Under the pieces are notes generated by a model, which saw only the letters and a program-made list of their open reading frames with translations, did no database searches and was not told the DNA's origin. A program made the translations under genes and the position numbers. A stretch of DNA of 56,062 bases. It comes from Anaerolineae bacterium. GTDB taxonomy: Bacteria > Chloroflexota > Anaerolineae > UBA7937. The stretch is from assembly GCA_034419095.1 (NCBI GenBank), contig DAOULQ010000104.1:1-56062 (forward strand), written 5' to 3'. Below, one piece after another: positions 34,745 to 43,214 of the stretch (position 1 is its first letter; each line of letters opens with the position of its first letter).

Positions 34745-35902
34745 TCATGGGAAGCATAGCGCCTTTCTGGGGCAGATGGCCACACAGATACCACAACCGT
34801 AGCAGTCAACATCCGAGATTACCGCAATGCTACCCTCCAACCTAATAGCCTGGCAGTGACCGGGCTTGAGACATAGGCCGCAACCATTGCACCTCTCGGC
34901 ATCCACTTGAGGTGCTCCAGGCAGAGGTTCCAGCTCCACATTGGGACGGATGTTGGGAAGCGCCCTGCCGATGATCTCCTGGTAAGAGCCATAGCCTTGT
35001 TCCTTCATGAACTTCTCCATACCTTGAACGATATCAGTTACCACATCCCAGCCCCGCCACATGATGGAGGTGCAAGCGGTGACTAAGGTGGCTCCCCACA
35101 TCATATATTCGATCGCGTGGCGCCAGTTTTCGATCCCCCCACCACCGACGATAGGTACCTTCGCTCTTCGCGCTGCCTGAGCCACCGCGGCATAACCCAT
35201 CAATCGGCAAGCTGGCCCGCCAAGGCTGCCCAGGCTAGCCCCCCTTAGGAGGGGATAGACGCGGTCAGAGTTATAAATGTCCACTGGAGGCAAAGAAAGC
35301 TGCGCTCCAGCCAAGGTGAGACCATCGGCCCCCCCTTCCTGGCACGCTAGGGCTACCTCAGTTATGTCAGTGACGTTAGGGGTTAGCTTGCAGACAACAG
35401 GGATATCTACCGCCTGCTTCAAAGTCCTAGTGATCTCTCTGGCCAGCTCAGGGTTCTGTCCAACTAGAGCACCCCCGCTCACCGCTCCCTCTCCCAACCT
35501 CTCGGCGGTGAGACCAAGGTTGGGGCAGATGAGATTAGCCTCAATAAGGTCCGCTCCCGCCCCTTCCATAGCCCTCGCTAAGCGGGCCCATCCCCCCAGG
35601 TCTTCCCCCTCGTAAGTTATATTGCTGAAGATAACCAGAGACGTGGATTGCTTCGCCTCCTCGACTAGCCTCGTCCCCTCCTCCAAGTCGAGCCTTCTGT
35701 CGTGGCAGACGATGCTCCCTACGCGAGGGTCATTGTACATGCGGAGCTTGCCGTAAAAGGGTTGCTTGATGAAAGTAAGCTTGGTGCTGACCCCGGCGGC
35801 ACCTGCCTTCTCTGCCATCTTGAGAAGTTCCGGTCTAGCCGTTAGGGGGCTGGAGGCCACCACAAAGGGGTTCTTCAACTCTATCCCGGCGAAGGTAGGC
35901 AT
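34745..35902 (-). CDS. dihydroorotate/dihydropyrimidine dehydrogenase-like flavoprotein with C-terminal 2x[4Fe-4S] ferredoxin domain (PreA-like)
   Basis: GIELKNPFVVASSPLT, ANLICPNLG (active-site Cys loop), VVCKLTPNV, IVGGGGI. C-terminal CNGCGLC...C and CYGCGICVAICP. Confidence 0.8.
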   Translation of the reverse strand: MPTFAGIELKNPFVVASSPLTARPELLKMAEKAGAAGVSTKLTFIKQPFYGKLRMYNDPRVGSIVCHDRRLDLEEGTRLVEEAKQSTSLVIFSNITYEGEDLGGWARLARAMEGAGADLIEANLICPNLGLTAERLGEGAVSGGALVGQNPELAREITRTLKQAVDIPVVCKLTPNVTDITEVALACQEGGADGLTLAGAQLSLPPVDIYNSDRVYPLLRGASLGSLGGPACRLMGYAAVAQAARRAKVPIVGGGGIENWRHAIEYMMWGATLVTACTSIMWRGWDVVTDIVQGMEKFMKEQGYGSYQEIIGRALPNIRPNVELEPLPGAPQVDAERCNGCGLCLKPGHCQAIRLEGSIAVISDVDCYGCGICVAICPRKALCFP

Positions 35903-36027
35903 TCTTCTCTCCTTAACCCTTGGTGATCGGTGTCAAGGGCTAACCACAGATACCCAGAAGATCAGCGAAATTGACCCCCAACATCCCATCTATCTCTTTT
36001 TGCAGGATCTCGGGTGAACCAACCTTC

Positions 36028-36728
36028 TTATCCGGTTCTCGAGATAGGTGGGAGTTCAACCGGTGAGATCCTGCCTTCCGCGAGCCTAGCCAGAACGTGC
36101 TCCTTCCCCTTGTTGATATGTCGGGTCATGGCGTCCTCTGCCTTCCTGGCATCCCTCTCCTTCAAAGCCTGATAGATACTCTTATGATCCCTAGGGACTC
36201 CCGCCGCCTGCTCTTCCCTTTGTCCATCTGTCGGAGGGAATGGACGCGAGTGGCTAGGCCACGGAGCATCTCCAGCAGGCTCCTGTTTCCAGAAGCCTGG
36301 GCGATGAGGTCGTGGAAGGCGAAATCAGCTTCTAATCCCATAGAAACATCGTCGCTGTCGAACACGCGCTCGTACTCCTCAACTTTGGTCTGTATTTGCT
36401 TTAACTGCTCTGGAGTGGACATGTCCATCGCCAAGCGAACCGCGAGAGCCTCTAAGGCCATCCTAACATCATATATCTCGCAAACCTCTTCTGGGGGCAT
36501 CTTCCTGACGAAACCTGCCCGATAGGGAATCGTCTCCACTAGACCGTCTTTTTCTAGCTGACGGATTGGCTCCCGAACCGGCGTGTTACTCACCCCCAAC
36601 TCTTCAGCCAACTCTTCATCCCTTGGCCTGGTGGCTGGGGGCAGCTCCATGCTGAGGATCTTGCTTTTCAATACTGCGTAGACCCGACTAGTGAGAGTGC
36701 TATTTAGGTTGAGGGGCTTATCGGGCAT
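36028..36728 (-). pseudogene. GntR-family regulator, FadR subfamily (FCD domain), interrupted by a 1-nt frameshift
   Basis: HTH LAEELGVSNTPVREPIRQLEKDGLVE and FCD helices read in one frame up to ...RVHSLRQMDKG. The canonical C-terminus DHKSIYQALKERDARKAEDAMTRHINKGKEHVLARL continues in another frame to a TAA at 36028-36030. The shift lies within ~36195-36235. 701 nt, one short of a multiple of 3. Confidence 0.7.
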
Positions 36729-36752
36729 GCGATTACACCGTGAGGGTTTACG

Positions 36753-36769
36753 TAGTGCATTGTGCACTA
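36753..36769. promoter_or_regulatory. perfect 7-3-7 palindrome TAGTGCA-TTG-TGCACTA (GntR-type GT..AC operator candidate)
   Basis: Lies 25-41 nt upstream of the FadR-type regulator start. Fits the general GntR operator pattern (GT-Nx-AC palindrome). Confidence 0.45.
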
Positions 36770-36996
36770 TACACTTTGTTGTCGCTCGGTCAAGAGCCGT
36801 GCGCGTCATCTGCCAAGATCGGCTTGAACGGTGGACCCGCTTCTGATACAGTGGTGCTAGAAGGAGGGACCGAACTCCTTCGCGCGACTGCCCTGCGGTA
36901 GCACTTTTGCCGCAGGCACGCAACCTTGCGCCCCTTTTTCCCAGGGCGTTGATAGGTGATATTTTCACTATGTTACCACCAGCCGGCCCTATTTAG

Positions 36997-37025
36997 TTGA
37001 CAACTGCATCACTTGGTGGTAGAAT
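36997..37025 (+). promoter_or_regulatory. candidate sigma-70-type promoter TTGACA-17-TAGAAT for the plus-strand operon
   Basis: TTGACA at 36997-37002, a 17-nt spacer, TAGAAT at 37020-37025. Located ~95 nt upstream of the HutC-type regulator start. Confidence 0.55.
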
Positions 37026-37030
37026 GCGAA

Positions 37031-37046
37031 TATAATATTATAATAT
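37031..37046. repeat. tandem octamer TATAATAT x2 containing the 12-bp palindrome TATAATATTATA
   Basis: Read directly. Located 5-20 nt downstream of the -10 element, around the predicted transcription start. Confidence 0.6.
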
Positions 37047-37120
37047 TATTCTCGCCTAGTCAAGGGGAGGTAGTTGATTTCGTGTCTTGCCACGGAAGGT
37101 GTCGTTGTTAGGAGGATGGT

Positions 37121-37876
37121 GTGCATAGTCGGGACGCTCCCGTGCCGCTCTACTATCGAATCAGAGAGGATCTACGAGAATTGATGAGTGCGGGCGAACT
37201 CAAGCCTGGTGATCGACTCAGCTCGGAACGGGAACTCTCCAAGCAGTGTGGGGTGAGCACTATAACGGTGAAGCGAGCGGTCCTAGATTTGGTTCGCGAC
37301 GGGCTGCTATACCGTGTGCCGGGCAAGGGTACTTTTGTCTCCCAACCGAAGATGGAACGAGACCTCTCGCGACTCACCAGTTTCACAGAAGAAATGTTGC
37401 ATTATGGATTGAAGCCAAATAGCAGGGTCTTGGGTGCAACAATACTGCCTGCGAGTGGTAGCGTTGCCAGGAACTTGTATCTACTCCCGGGTGAAAAGGT
37501 CATCGCCCTGGAGAGGGTTAGGTTTGCCGATGGTGAGCCGCTGATGCTCGAAAAGACATTTCTGCCTCACGGGTTGTTTCCTGGCCTTCTTTCAGAGGAT
37601 TTGGCCACTCAGTCGCTCTACCATTTCATCACGGAGAAGTACGGCGTTCCGCTCGTCAAAGCTAGAGAAACCCTCGAACCGGTGATCATAAACGACAAGG
37701 AGGCGCACAATCTCGCCGTTGAAGCTGGCGCCCCGGGGCTTCTCCTAGAGTTGATCGCCTACACTGAGGGTGAAGAGCCTGTAGAATACACCAAAGCGAT
37801 AGTCCGGGGGGATAGATGCAAGTACTACATAGAGATGGCCGGTTTTCACCGGGAGACGGGTCGCTCGGTAAGGTAG
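37121..37876 (+). CDS. GntR-family transcriptional regulator, HutC subfamily (UTRA domain; FrlR/NagR-like)
   Basis: PLYYRIREDLRELMSAGELKPGDRLSSERELSKQCGVSTITVKRAVLDLVRDGLLYRVPGKGTFV plus a UTRA-like C-domain. GTG start with AGGAGGA RBS. Confidence 0.9.
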   Translation: MHSRDAPVPLYYRIREDLRELMSAGELKPGDRLSSERELSKQCGVSTITVKRAVLDLVRDGLLYRVPGKGTFVSQPKMERDLSRLTSFTEEMLHYGLKPNSRVLGATILPASGSVARNLYLLPGEKVIALERVRFADGEPLMLEKTFLPHGLFPGLLSEDLATQSLYHFITEKYGVPLVKARETLEPVIINDKEAHNLAVEAGAPGLLLELIAYTEGEEPVEYTKAIVRGDRCKYYIEMAGFHRETGRSVR

Positions 37877-37983
37877 GAATAGATAGTTTGGGCTAGGCTC
37901 GTCTTCGTAGAAACGCCAGCGGAACTCTGACACAGAGCTGGTAGCTGGATCGACTTGGACATTCAGGAGCATCCGAGGGGGCA

Positions 37984-39795
37984 GTGATCGCTTTGGTCAA
38001 ACCGGCGAGGGCAGATCTCCTTGGTGATCGAACAGCGGCTTATGAGCATGCTATCTGGGCGGTGACCATAGCTAGCGCGAAGATCGCCTTCGCTTTTCTC
38101 AGCGAAAAAGACCTGGTAGAGAAGGCAGAACGGTATCCCCTGTTAATCCTCCCTCGCGTGGCTTGGCTTGATGAGGAAGAGATTCAAGGCGTCAGACGGA
38201 TGATCCATGCGGGTGGTCACTTGGTAATTACCGGGGATTCTGGATCGTGTCGGGGCCCGCTCGGTCAGTTCTCGAGGCGGAACGGCAATGCCTTGGAGAA
38301 GCTCGCAGGTGTCAAGAGTCAAACCTCTCCAAAAGGTCGATCAGAGTATTGGCGATCGGCCTTTCTTAGATTGAGTGGAGAGCACCCTTTGACTCGAACG
38401 CCTTACACAAGTGAGGGCACTATCGTTCCTCTCCGCGGCGAGCAGTACGCTATTCGAGCGACTAAAGCCAAGTCCCTCGCCCAGTTCGTATCCAGCGATG
38501 AGAGCCAAGAGGTCCTCTCCGATGCTCTCACAGTGATGGAAACCAAGAGGGGACGAGTTGTTTGGTTTCTGCCCTCGGTGGCTGAGCACTTCTCGTACGA
38601 TAACTCGTATATCCTTCGAGAGCTCATGCTCCGTGCCGTATTCTGCACCATGAAGGGCGGATTGGCTGGCATCTGGTACTGGAAGGATGCGGCTCGCTCG
38701 CCTCTTGTTATCGATGGCGATGTTGACCACCCACCAGGGGTAGATCCGGAGTGCACCAAGTATGTACCGGCGGCCATCGACACCTTTTTGGAAGCCTCGT
38801 TCGACAAGTACGGCATCTACGTTAGTGCTCGCAACTTAGAAGAGTTTCCATCCTATTTTCCACTCGACCACCAGCATTACTACAACCATTCCTATTCCCA
38901 CCCCTATAGTCATTGGGACGAGCGACCGTGGGCAGCGCTCGACAAGGACGAAGTGACGGGGCAAATCCGGCGTTGCAACGAGACGTTTTGTCGCTTGTTG
39001 GACCGAAATGATCAAGGCGTCTTTCGGGTGCCGCACTTTCAACTCGAAAGAAGTGCGTTAACTTTCCAGGTGCTAGACGATCTGGGCTACATCCAGGAAT
39101 CCTCCGCAGGATCAAACTATACGGTGACCGCTGGCTTCCCCTTCCACCCTTCTCAAGAGCCTTGGATAGGGGTAGACGATGGGGAGTCGCATTTCAAGTC
39201 CTGGCCAGAGCCTGATAAGAACTTTGCAGTTCTCGAAGTGCCTATCAGCTTCGATCCCTCGGCTCCTGATTTTCCCAACGGTTTCTGTAGCTACAATACC
39301 CTACAGGAAGGAGTCAGGAATCGCACGGCATTACCCGATGACTATCTGACTATGATTAAGGAGGTAATCGACCGAGAATACCGTCGAGGCGGTCTCATTC
39401 ATATCTTCGCTGATCCTCCTGACGTGGGCTACGGAGTCCTTGAGGGCGATAAGGTCAATTACTCCCAGGCGGTGAAGCAAGGTGTCGCCTACGCCAAGGG
39501 TTTCGACGATATCGTCTTTATGTCGCCGCGAGAACTAGTTGACTGGTGGTTAGGAAGGCAGAAGATCGATATCTACGAACAACGTGTTACAGGTAACGTA
39601 TGGGATGTCAGACTGAGGAACGCGGTGCCTGGCACCACCCTCTGTTTGAAACCACCAGAGGGAAAGGTAATGCGGGAGGCTCGGACCGGTGGTCGCTTGA
39701 TTAGTCCTGAGCCTTTTGATGACCTCCTTGCCCTGCTTCCCCTTGGGACGGTGGAGGGTAGGGTTGACGTTCTGATAACCCTAGAGGATAAGTAG
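37984..39795 (+). CDS. two-domain protein: GH42-middle-domain/GATase1-like N-domain fused to a CE4 (NodB)-like polysaccharide deacetylase domain
   Basis: N-domain: YPLLILPRVAWLDEEEIQGVRRMIHAGGHLVITGDSG. C-domain: VIDGDVDHPPG (motif 1-like), YNHSYSHPYSHW (H-S-x-x-H), FRVPHF (R-x-P-Y/H-like), IHIFADP. GTG start with GAGGGGG RBS. Confidence 0.5.
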   Translation: MIALVKPARADLLGDRTAAYEHAIWAVTIASAKIAFAFLSEKDLVEKAERYPLLILPRVAWLDEEEIQGVRRMIHAGGHLVITGDSGSCRGPLGQFSRRNGNALEKLAGVKSQTSPKGRSEYWRSAFLRLSGEHPLTRTPYTSEGTIVPLRGEQYAIRATKAKSLAQFVSSDESQEVLSDALTVMETKRGRVVWFLPSVAEHFSYDNSYILRELMLRAVFCTMKGGLAGIWYWKDAARSPLVIDGDVDHPPGVDPECTKYVPAAIDTFLEASFDKYGIYVSARNLEEFPSYFPLDHQHYYNHSYSHPYSHWDERPWAALDKDEVTGQIRRCNETFCRLLDRNDQGVFRVPHFQLERSALTFQVLDDLGYIQESSAGSNYTVTAGFPFHPSQEPWIGVDDGESHFKSWPEPDKNFAVLEVPISFDPSAPDFPNGFCSYNTLQEGVRNRTALPDDYLTMIKEVIDREYRRGGLIHIFADPPDVGYGVLEGDKVNYSQAVKQGVAYAKGFDDIVFMSPRELVDWWLGRQKIDIYEQRVTGNVWDVRLRNAVPGTTLCLKPPEGKVMREARTGGRLISPEPFDDLLALLPLGTVEGRVDVLITLEDK

Positions 39796-39867
39796 GTCGC
39801 CAACCCTTGTGTCGAGAGGTTGCTGGACCTGTCAGAGCATGAAGGGCTTTCGCCGAAGAGCGATCCG

Positions 39868-40050
39868 TAGAAAGGAGGTGATTAGCGCGGAGTGAAGTGA
39901 GTTGGCAGACTGACTAGTTTAGTTGGCCAAGGGCCAAGGAGGATGAGAAGTGAAGAAGTTGTTGGTCTTGTTGAGTGTGGGTTTGGTGGTTGCCTTGGCG
40001 GCTTGCGCGGCCCCTGCCACGCCAGTGCCACCGACGCCGACGAGCCCGCC
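39868..40050 (+). repeat. leader plus signal-peptide block, near-identical inverted copy of 33144-33338
   Basis: Contains AGAAAGGAGGTGAT (39868-39882), the degenerate palindrome, the SD CAAGGAGGA, the GTG start at 39950 and 101 coding nt ~93% identical to the partner. Confidence 0.85.
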
Positions 40051-41242
40051 GGAGGTGACCACCATAACTTTGTGGGACTACTATGGGACTGCCACCCCCT
40101 TCCAACCTGAGATGATCGCGGCCTTTGAGGAGGAGAACCCGGACGTCAAGGTTAAGTACGAATCGCTGGACTGGGATGCCATGTTCGAGAAACTGAGCGT
40201 AGCCTTGACGACGGGCACGCCGCCGGATGTAGCGACCGTAGACATGACTTGGCTTCCCACTTGGGCAGCACTGGGTGGCTTTGCAGATCTAGGTTCTCTC
40301 TCCGCGGGTGAGGTCAATGGAGTCCCCTTCAATGAGGCTTTCACTGAAGGTGCGGTGGAGGCCATGACCTACGAGGGCAAGATAGTCACCGTGCTCGAGG
40401 ATTTCGACGTCTACTGTCTCTACTACCGGGCCGACCTCTTGGAGGAGAAGGGGTTGGAGGTACCCACCACCTGGGATGAACTAGTGGAGGTCGGACAGCA
40501 GTTAGCCGAGGATACAGATAGCGACGGGGTGCCCGACAAATATCTTTACGGCTACTGGCCTGATGCCTTCCGTTGGGCCCAGTTCCTCTACGAGAACGGG
40601 GGCGACATACTCAACCCCGACAACACCGAAGCCATCTTCAACAGTCCCGAGGGGGTCGAGGCGACCCAGTTCTTCATAGACATGGTCAACGAGTATCGCA
40701 TCGCCTTCGACATCGGTGAGGAAGAAGCCATCCCGCCCATCAAGGATGGACGGATCGCCATGTACTCTGATGGCCCCTACATGATGGGGGTGATGAAGGA
40801 CGGGGCTCCCGAATTGGAAGGCAAGTGGAAAGTGGCCCCTCACCCTTACAGCAAGCGGCCGGGCTCCTACCTGGGTGGGACAGGCCTGGTGATCCCTGCC
40901 AGGGCCGCCAACAAGGAAGCCGCTTGGAGGTTCATCGAGTTTGCGATGCAGCTGGACAACGCCATCGGTGTCTACAAATACTCTGGCGCCGCACCAGGGC
41001 TCAAGGCTGCCCTAGAGAGCCCCGAGGTGAGCGTTCCCGACCCATACTTTGGTGACCAGGTAACCTTGCCCTTGTTCTTGGAGGCCACGGAGACCGCACA
41101 CCACTTCCCTTATGTCCGTCAATGGAACGAGATGTATGACATAATCGAGGAAGCGGTCACCTCGGCTCTGCTGGAGGAGAAGACAGTCCAGCAGGCTCTA
41201 GATGACGCCGTCGCCGAGATCAACGCGCTCCTGGCAGAATAA
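39950..41242 (+). CDS. ABC transporter extracellular solute-binding lipoprotein (family 1)
   Basis: MKKLLVLLSVGLVVALAACAAP lipobox, then an SBP_bac_1-like body (ITLWDYYG..., DVATVDMTWLPTWA). Confidence 0.9.
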   Translation: MKKLLVLLSVGLVVALAACAAPATPVPPTPTSPPEVTTITLWDYYGTATPFQPEMIAAFEEENPDVKVKYESLDWDAMFEKLSVALTTGTPPDVATVDMTWLPTWAALGGFADLGSLSAGEVNGVPFNEAFTEGAVEAMTYEGKIVTVLEDFDVYCLYYRADLLEEKGLEVPTTWDELVEVGQQLAEDTDSDGVPDKYLYGYWPDAFRWAQFLYENGGDILNPDNTEAIFNSPEGVEATQFFIDMVNEYRIAFDIGEEEAIPPIKDGRIAMYSDGPYMMGVMKDGAPELEGKWKVAPHPYSKRPGSYLGGTGLVIPARAANKEAAWRFIEFAMQLDNAIGVYKYSGAAPGLKAALESPEVSVPDPYFGDQVTLPLFLEATETAHHFPYVRQWNEMYDIIEEAVTSALLEEKTVQQALDDAVAEINALLAE

Positions 41243-41274
41243 CAAGGGGCGAGAGGGTATTTCAGGCGAAGGGG

Positions 41275-41304
41275 GGCACTCCGCCCCCTTCGCCCTCACC
41301 CACA
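41275..41304 (+). promoter_or_regulatory. 11-bp GC-rich intercistronic stem-loop after the binding-protein gene
   Basis: GGCGAAGGGGG (41275-41285) pairs with CCCCCTTCGCC (41294-41304), with an 8-nt loop. No U-tract follows. Confidence 0.5.
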
Positions 41305-41345
41305 CCAACATAAATCATTCTTACGACCATTGGAGACAAAGGCGA

Positions 41346-42233
41346 ATGGAAATCTCCATAGGGCGACGGATTGGCGTGGCCATAAGGAAATATTGGGTGG
41401 CCTATCTCTTCATCCTGGGTCCGGTGATATGTACGACGATTTTCCTCTTCATCCCCATGATCAGTTCTCTCGCATTTAGTTTGACCAAATGGAGCGGTAT
41501 CCAACCGCCCGAATTTGTCGGCTTGGCCAACTATCAAAAGCTCATATTACATGACCGGAAGTTCATAAAATCGCTTATTAATACCACCATCTTTGTGATA
41601 CTGGGGCAAGGTAGTGGCCCCGTCTTCGGCTTGCTCTCCGCTCTGGCACTCAACCAGAAGGTGAAGTTTCGGGCCGGCTTTCGGACCGCCTATTTTCTCC
41701 CTGTAATGACGAGTCTGGTGGTGGTGGCCACTGTTTGGAAAATGCTCTACAACGAGAATGGGTTGGTGAATTTCTTGCTAAAGATGGTCAGCTTGCCGAC
41801 GACGCGGTGGCTCATGAACACTAGAACCGCGCTTCTCTCCATCATCGTCACCAGCGTGTGGCAGGGGTTCGGCTTTGAGACGGTGATCTTTCTGGCTGCT
41901 CTACAAGCGATCCCCAAGGAACTCTACGAGGCTGCGATGATAGACGGGGCAAATGCTTGGAACAGGTTCTGGCACGTTACCTTGCCTAGCCTGCGGCCGG
42001 TTATCGTGATGATATACATTATCGGCATCATAGGCAGTTATCAGGTTTTTGACCAGATCTACGTGATGACCGGCGGGGGACCTATTAATAGCAGCCAATC
42101 CATGGTGGGTTACCTCTATGACAATTTCCACTATATGAAGTTTGGATACGCATCCGCTGTGGCGTATGTTCTCTTCGCGATATTGGCTTTGTTCTCCTAT
42201 CTGCAGATGAGGTTTTTTGGCCAGGAAGAGTGA
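41346..42233 (+). CDS. CUT1 carbohydrate ABC transporter permease (MalF-like)
   Basis: ATG at 41346 preceded by GGAG. EAA loop KELYEAAMIDGANAWNRFWHVTLPSLRPV. The track start at 41202 overlaps the SBP gene and is rejected. Confidence 0.9.
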   Translation: MEISIGRRIGVAIRKYWVAYLFILGPVICTTIFLFIPMISSLAFSLTKWSGIQPPEFVGLANYQKLILHDRKFIKSLINTTIFVILGQGSGPVFGLLSALALNQKVKFRAGFRTAYFLPVMTSLVVVATVWKMLYNENGLVNFLLKMVSLPTTRWLMNTRTALLSIIVTSVWQGFGFETVIFLAALQAIPKELYEAAMIDGANAWNRFWHVTLPSLRPVIVMIYIIGIIGSYQVFDQIYVMTGGGPINSSQSMVGYLYDNFHYMKFGYASAVAYVLFAILALFSYLQMRFFGQEE

Positions 42234-42302
42234 AGTGGCGCACCTTCGGATCGCCTCGGGGCAGCTGTCTATAGTTGAAACCGCAGTGATGGATGACCGA
42301 CA

Positions 42303-43145
42303 ATGGGTATGAGTCGCACGAGGGTGCTCAAGTTAGTAGGGCGAACAGGTCTCTATCTGGCTTTGGTCGCTAGCTCGATGGCCATGCTCGTGCCCTTCTA
42401 CTGGATGCTTAGCACCTCCCTCAAGCTAGAGGCCGATGTATTCGCCTATCCGCCCGAATGGATCCCACAACCTGCCACTCTCGTTCACTATGTGGAGGTT
42501 TGGACTCGTTTGCCCTTTGCCAGGTTCCTCTTGAACAGCCTGTTAGTGGCGGCGATGATCACCTTGAGCAACGTGTTGTTTTGCACCTTGGCTGGCTATA
42601 CTTTTGCCAAACTAAGGTTCCCCGGCCGTGACAAGATATTCTTCGTCCTGTTGATGACACTCATGGTGCCTTTCCAGGTCAATCTAATACCTCTATACAA
42701 GCTGATGGACTTATTCAAGTGGATAGATACTTACTGGGGCCTGATTGTGCCGGGCGCGACAAGCGTCTTCGGCATGTACCTGATGCGTCAATATATATTG
42801 TCCATACCCGATGAACTCTTAGACTCAGCGCGGGTAGATGGCTGTTCAGAGTTCGGGATCTTCTGGCGGATCGTGGCACCTTTATCCCTGCCTGGGGTGG
42901 CCACCCTGGCCATCTTTACCTTCATGGGAGCCTGGACCGACTTTCTCTGGCCTATGATCGTCACCAGCTCCATGGAGATGCGTACTCTGCCGGTGGGGAT
43001 CGCCCTGCTCCAAGAGTATCACACTACGAACTGGACTCAGACCATGGCCGGCTCTGCCATCGCCGCCTTGCCCATGATCATCGTTTTCCTCTTCATGCAA
43101 CGGCAGTTCATAGAGGGACTGACCGCGGGAGCGGTTAAACGGTAG
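42303..43145 (+). CDS. CUT1 carbohydrate ABC transporter permease (MalG-like)
   Basis: EAA loop DELLDSARVDGCSEFGIFWRIVAPLSLPGV. 280 aa, 6 TM. Confidence 0.9.
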   Translation: MGMSRTRVLKLVGRTGLYLALVASSMAMLVPFYWMLSTSLKLEADVFAYPPEWIPQPATLVHYVEVWTRLPFARFLLNSLLVAAMITLSNVLFCTLAGYTFAKLRFPGRDKIFFVLLMTLMVPFQVNLIPLYKLMDLFKWIDTYWGLIVPGATSVFGMYLMRQYILSIPDELLDSARVDGCSEFGIFWRIVAPLSLPGVATLAIFTFMGAWTDFLWPMIVTSSMEMRTLPVGIALLQEYHTTNWTQTMAGSAIAALPMIIVFLFMQRQFIEGLTAGAVKR

Positions 43146-43214
43146 CAAGCATCGGTCTTTCCATCGTTTAGATAGTCGGCTCTAGACACATTCATCCTTG
43201 TTCGGAGGAAGAAC

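Noticed and set aside
37031-37044. Additional perfect TATAAT hexamers (37031-37036, 37039-37044) as independent promoters.
   Set aside because: No acceptable -35 element sits at 16-19 nt spacing for either. They were interpreted as part of the AT-rich repeat at the start site of the TTGACA-17-TAGAAT promoter.
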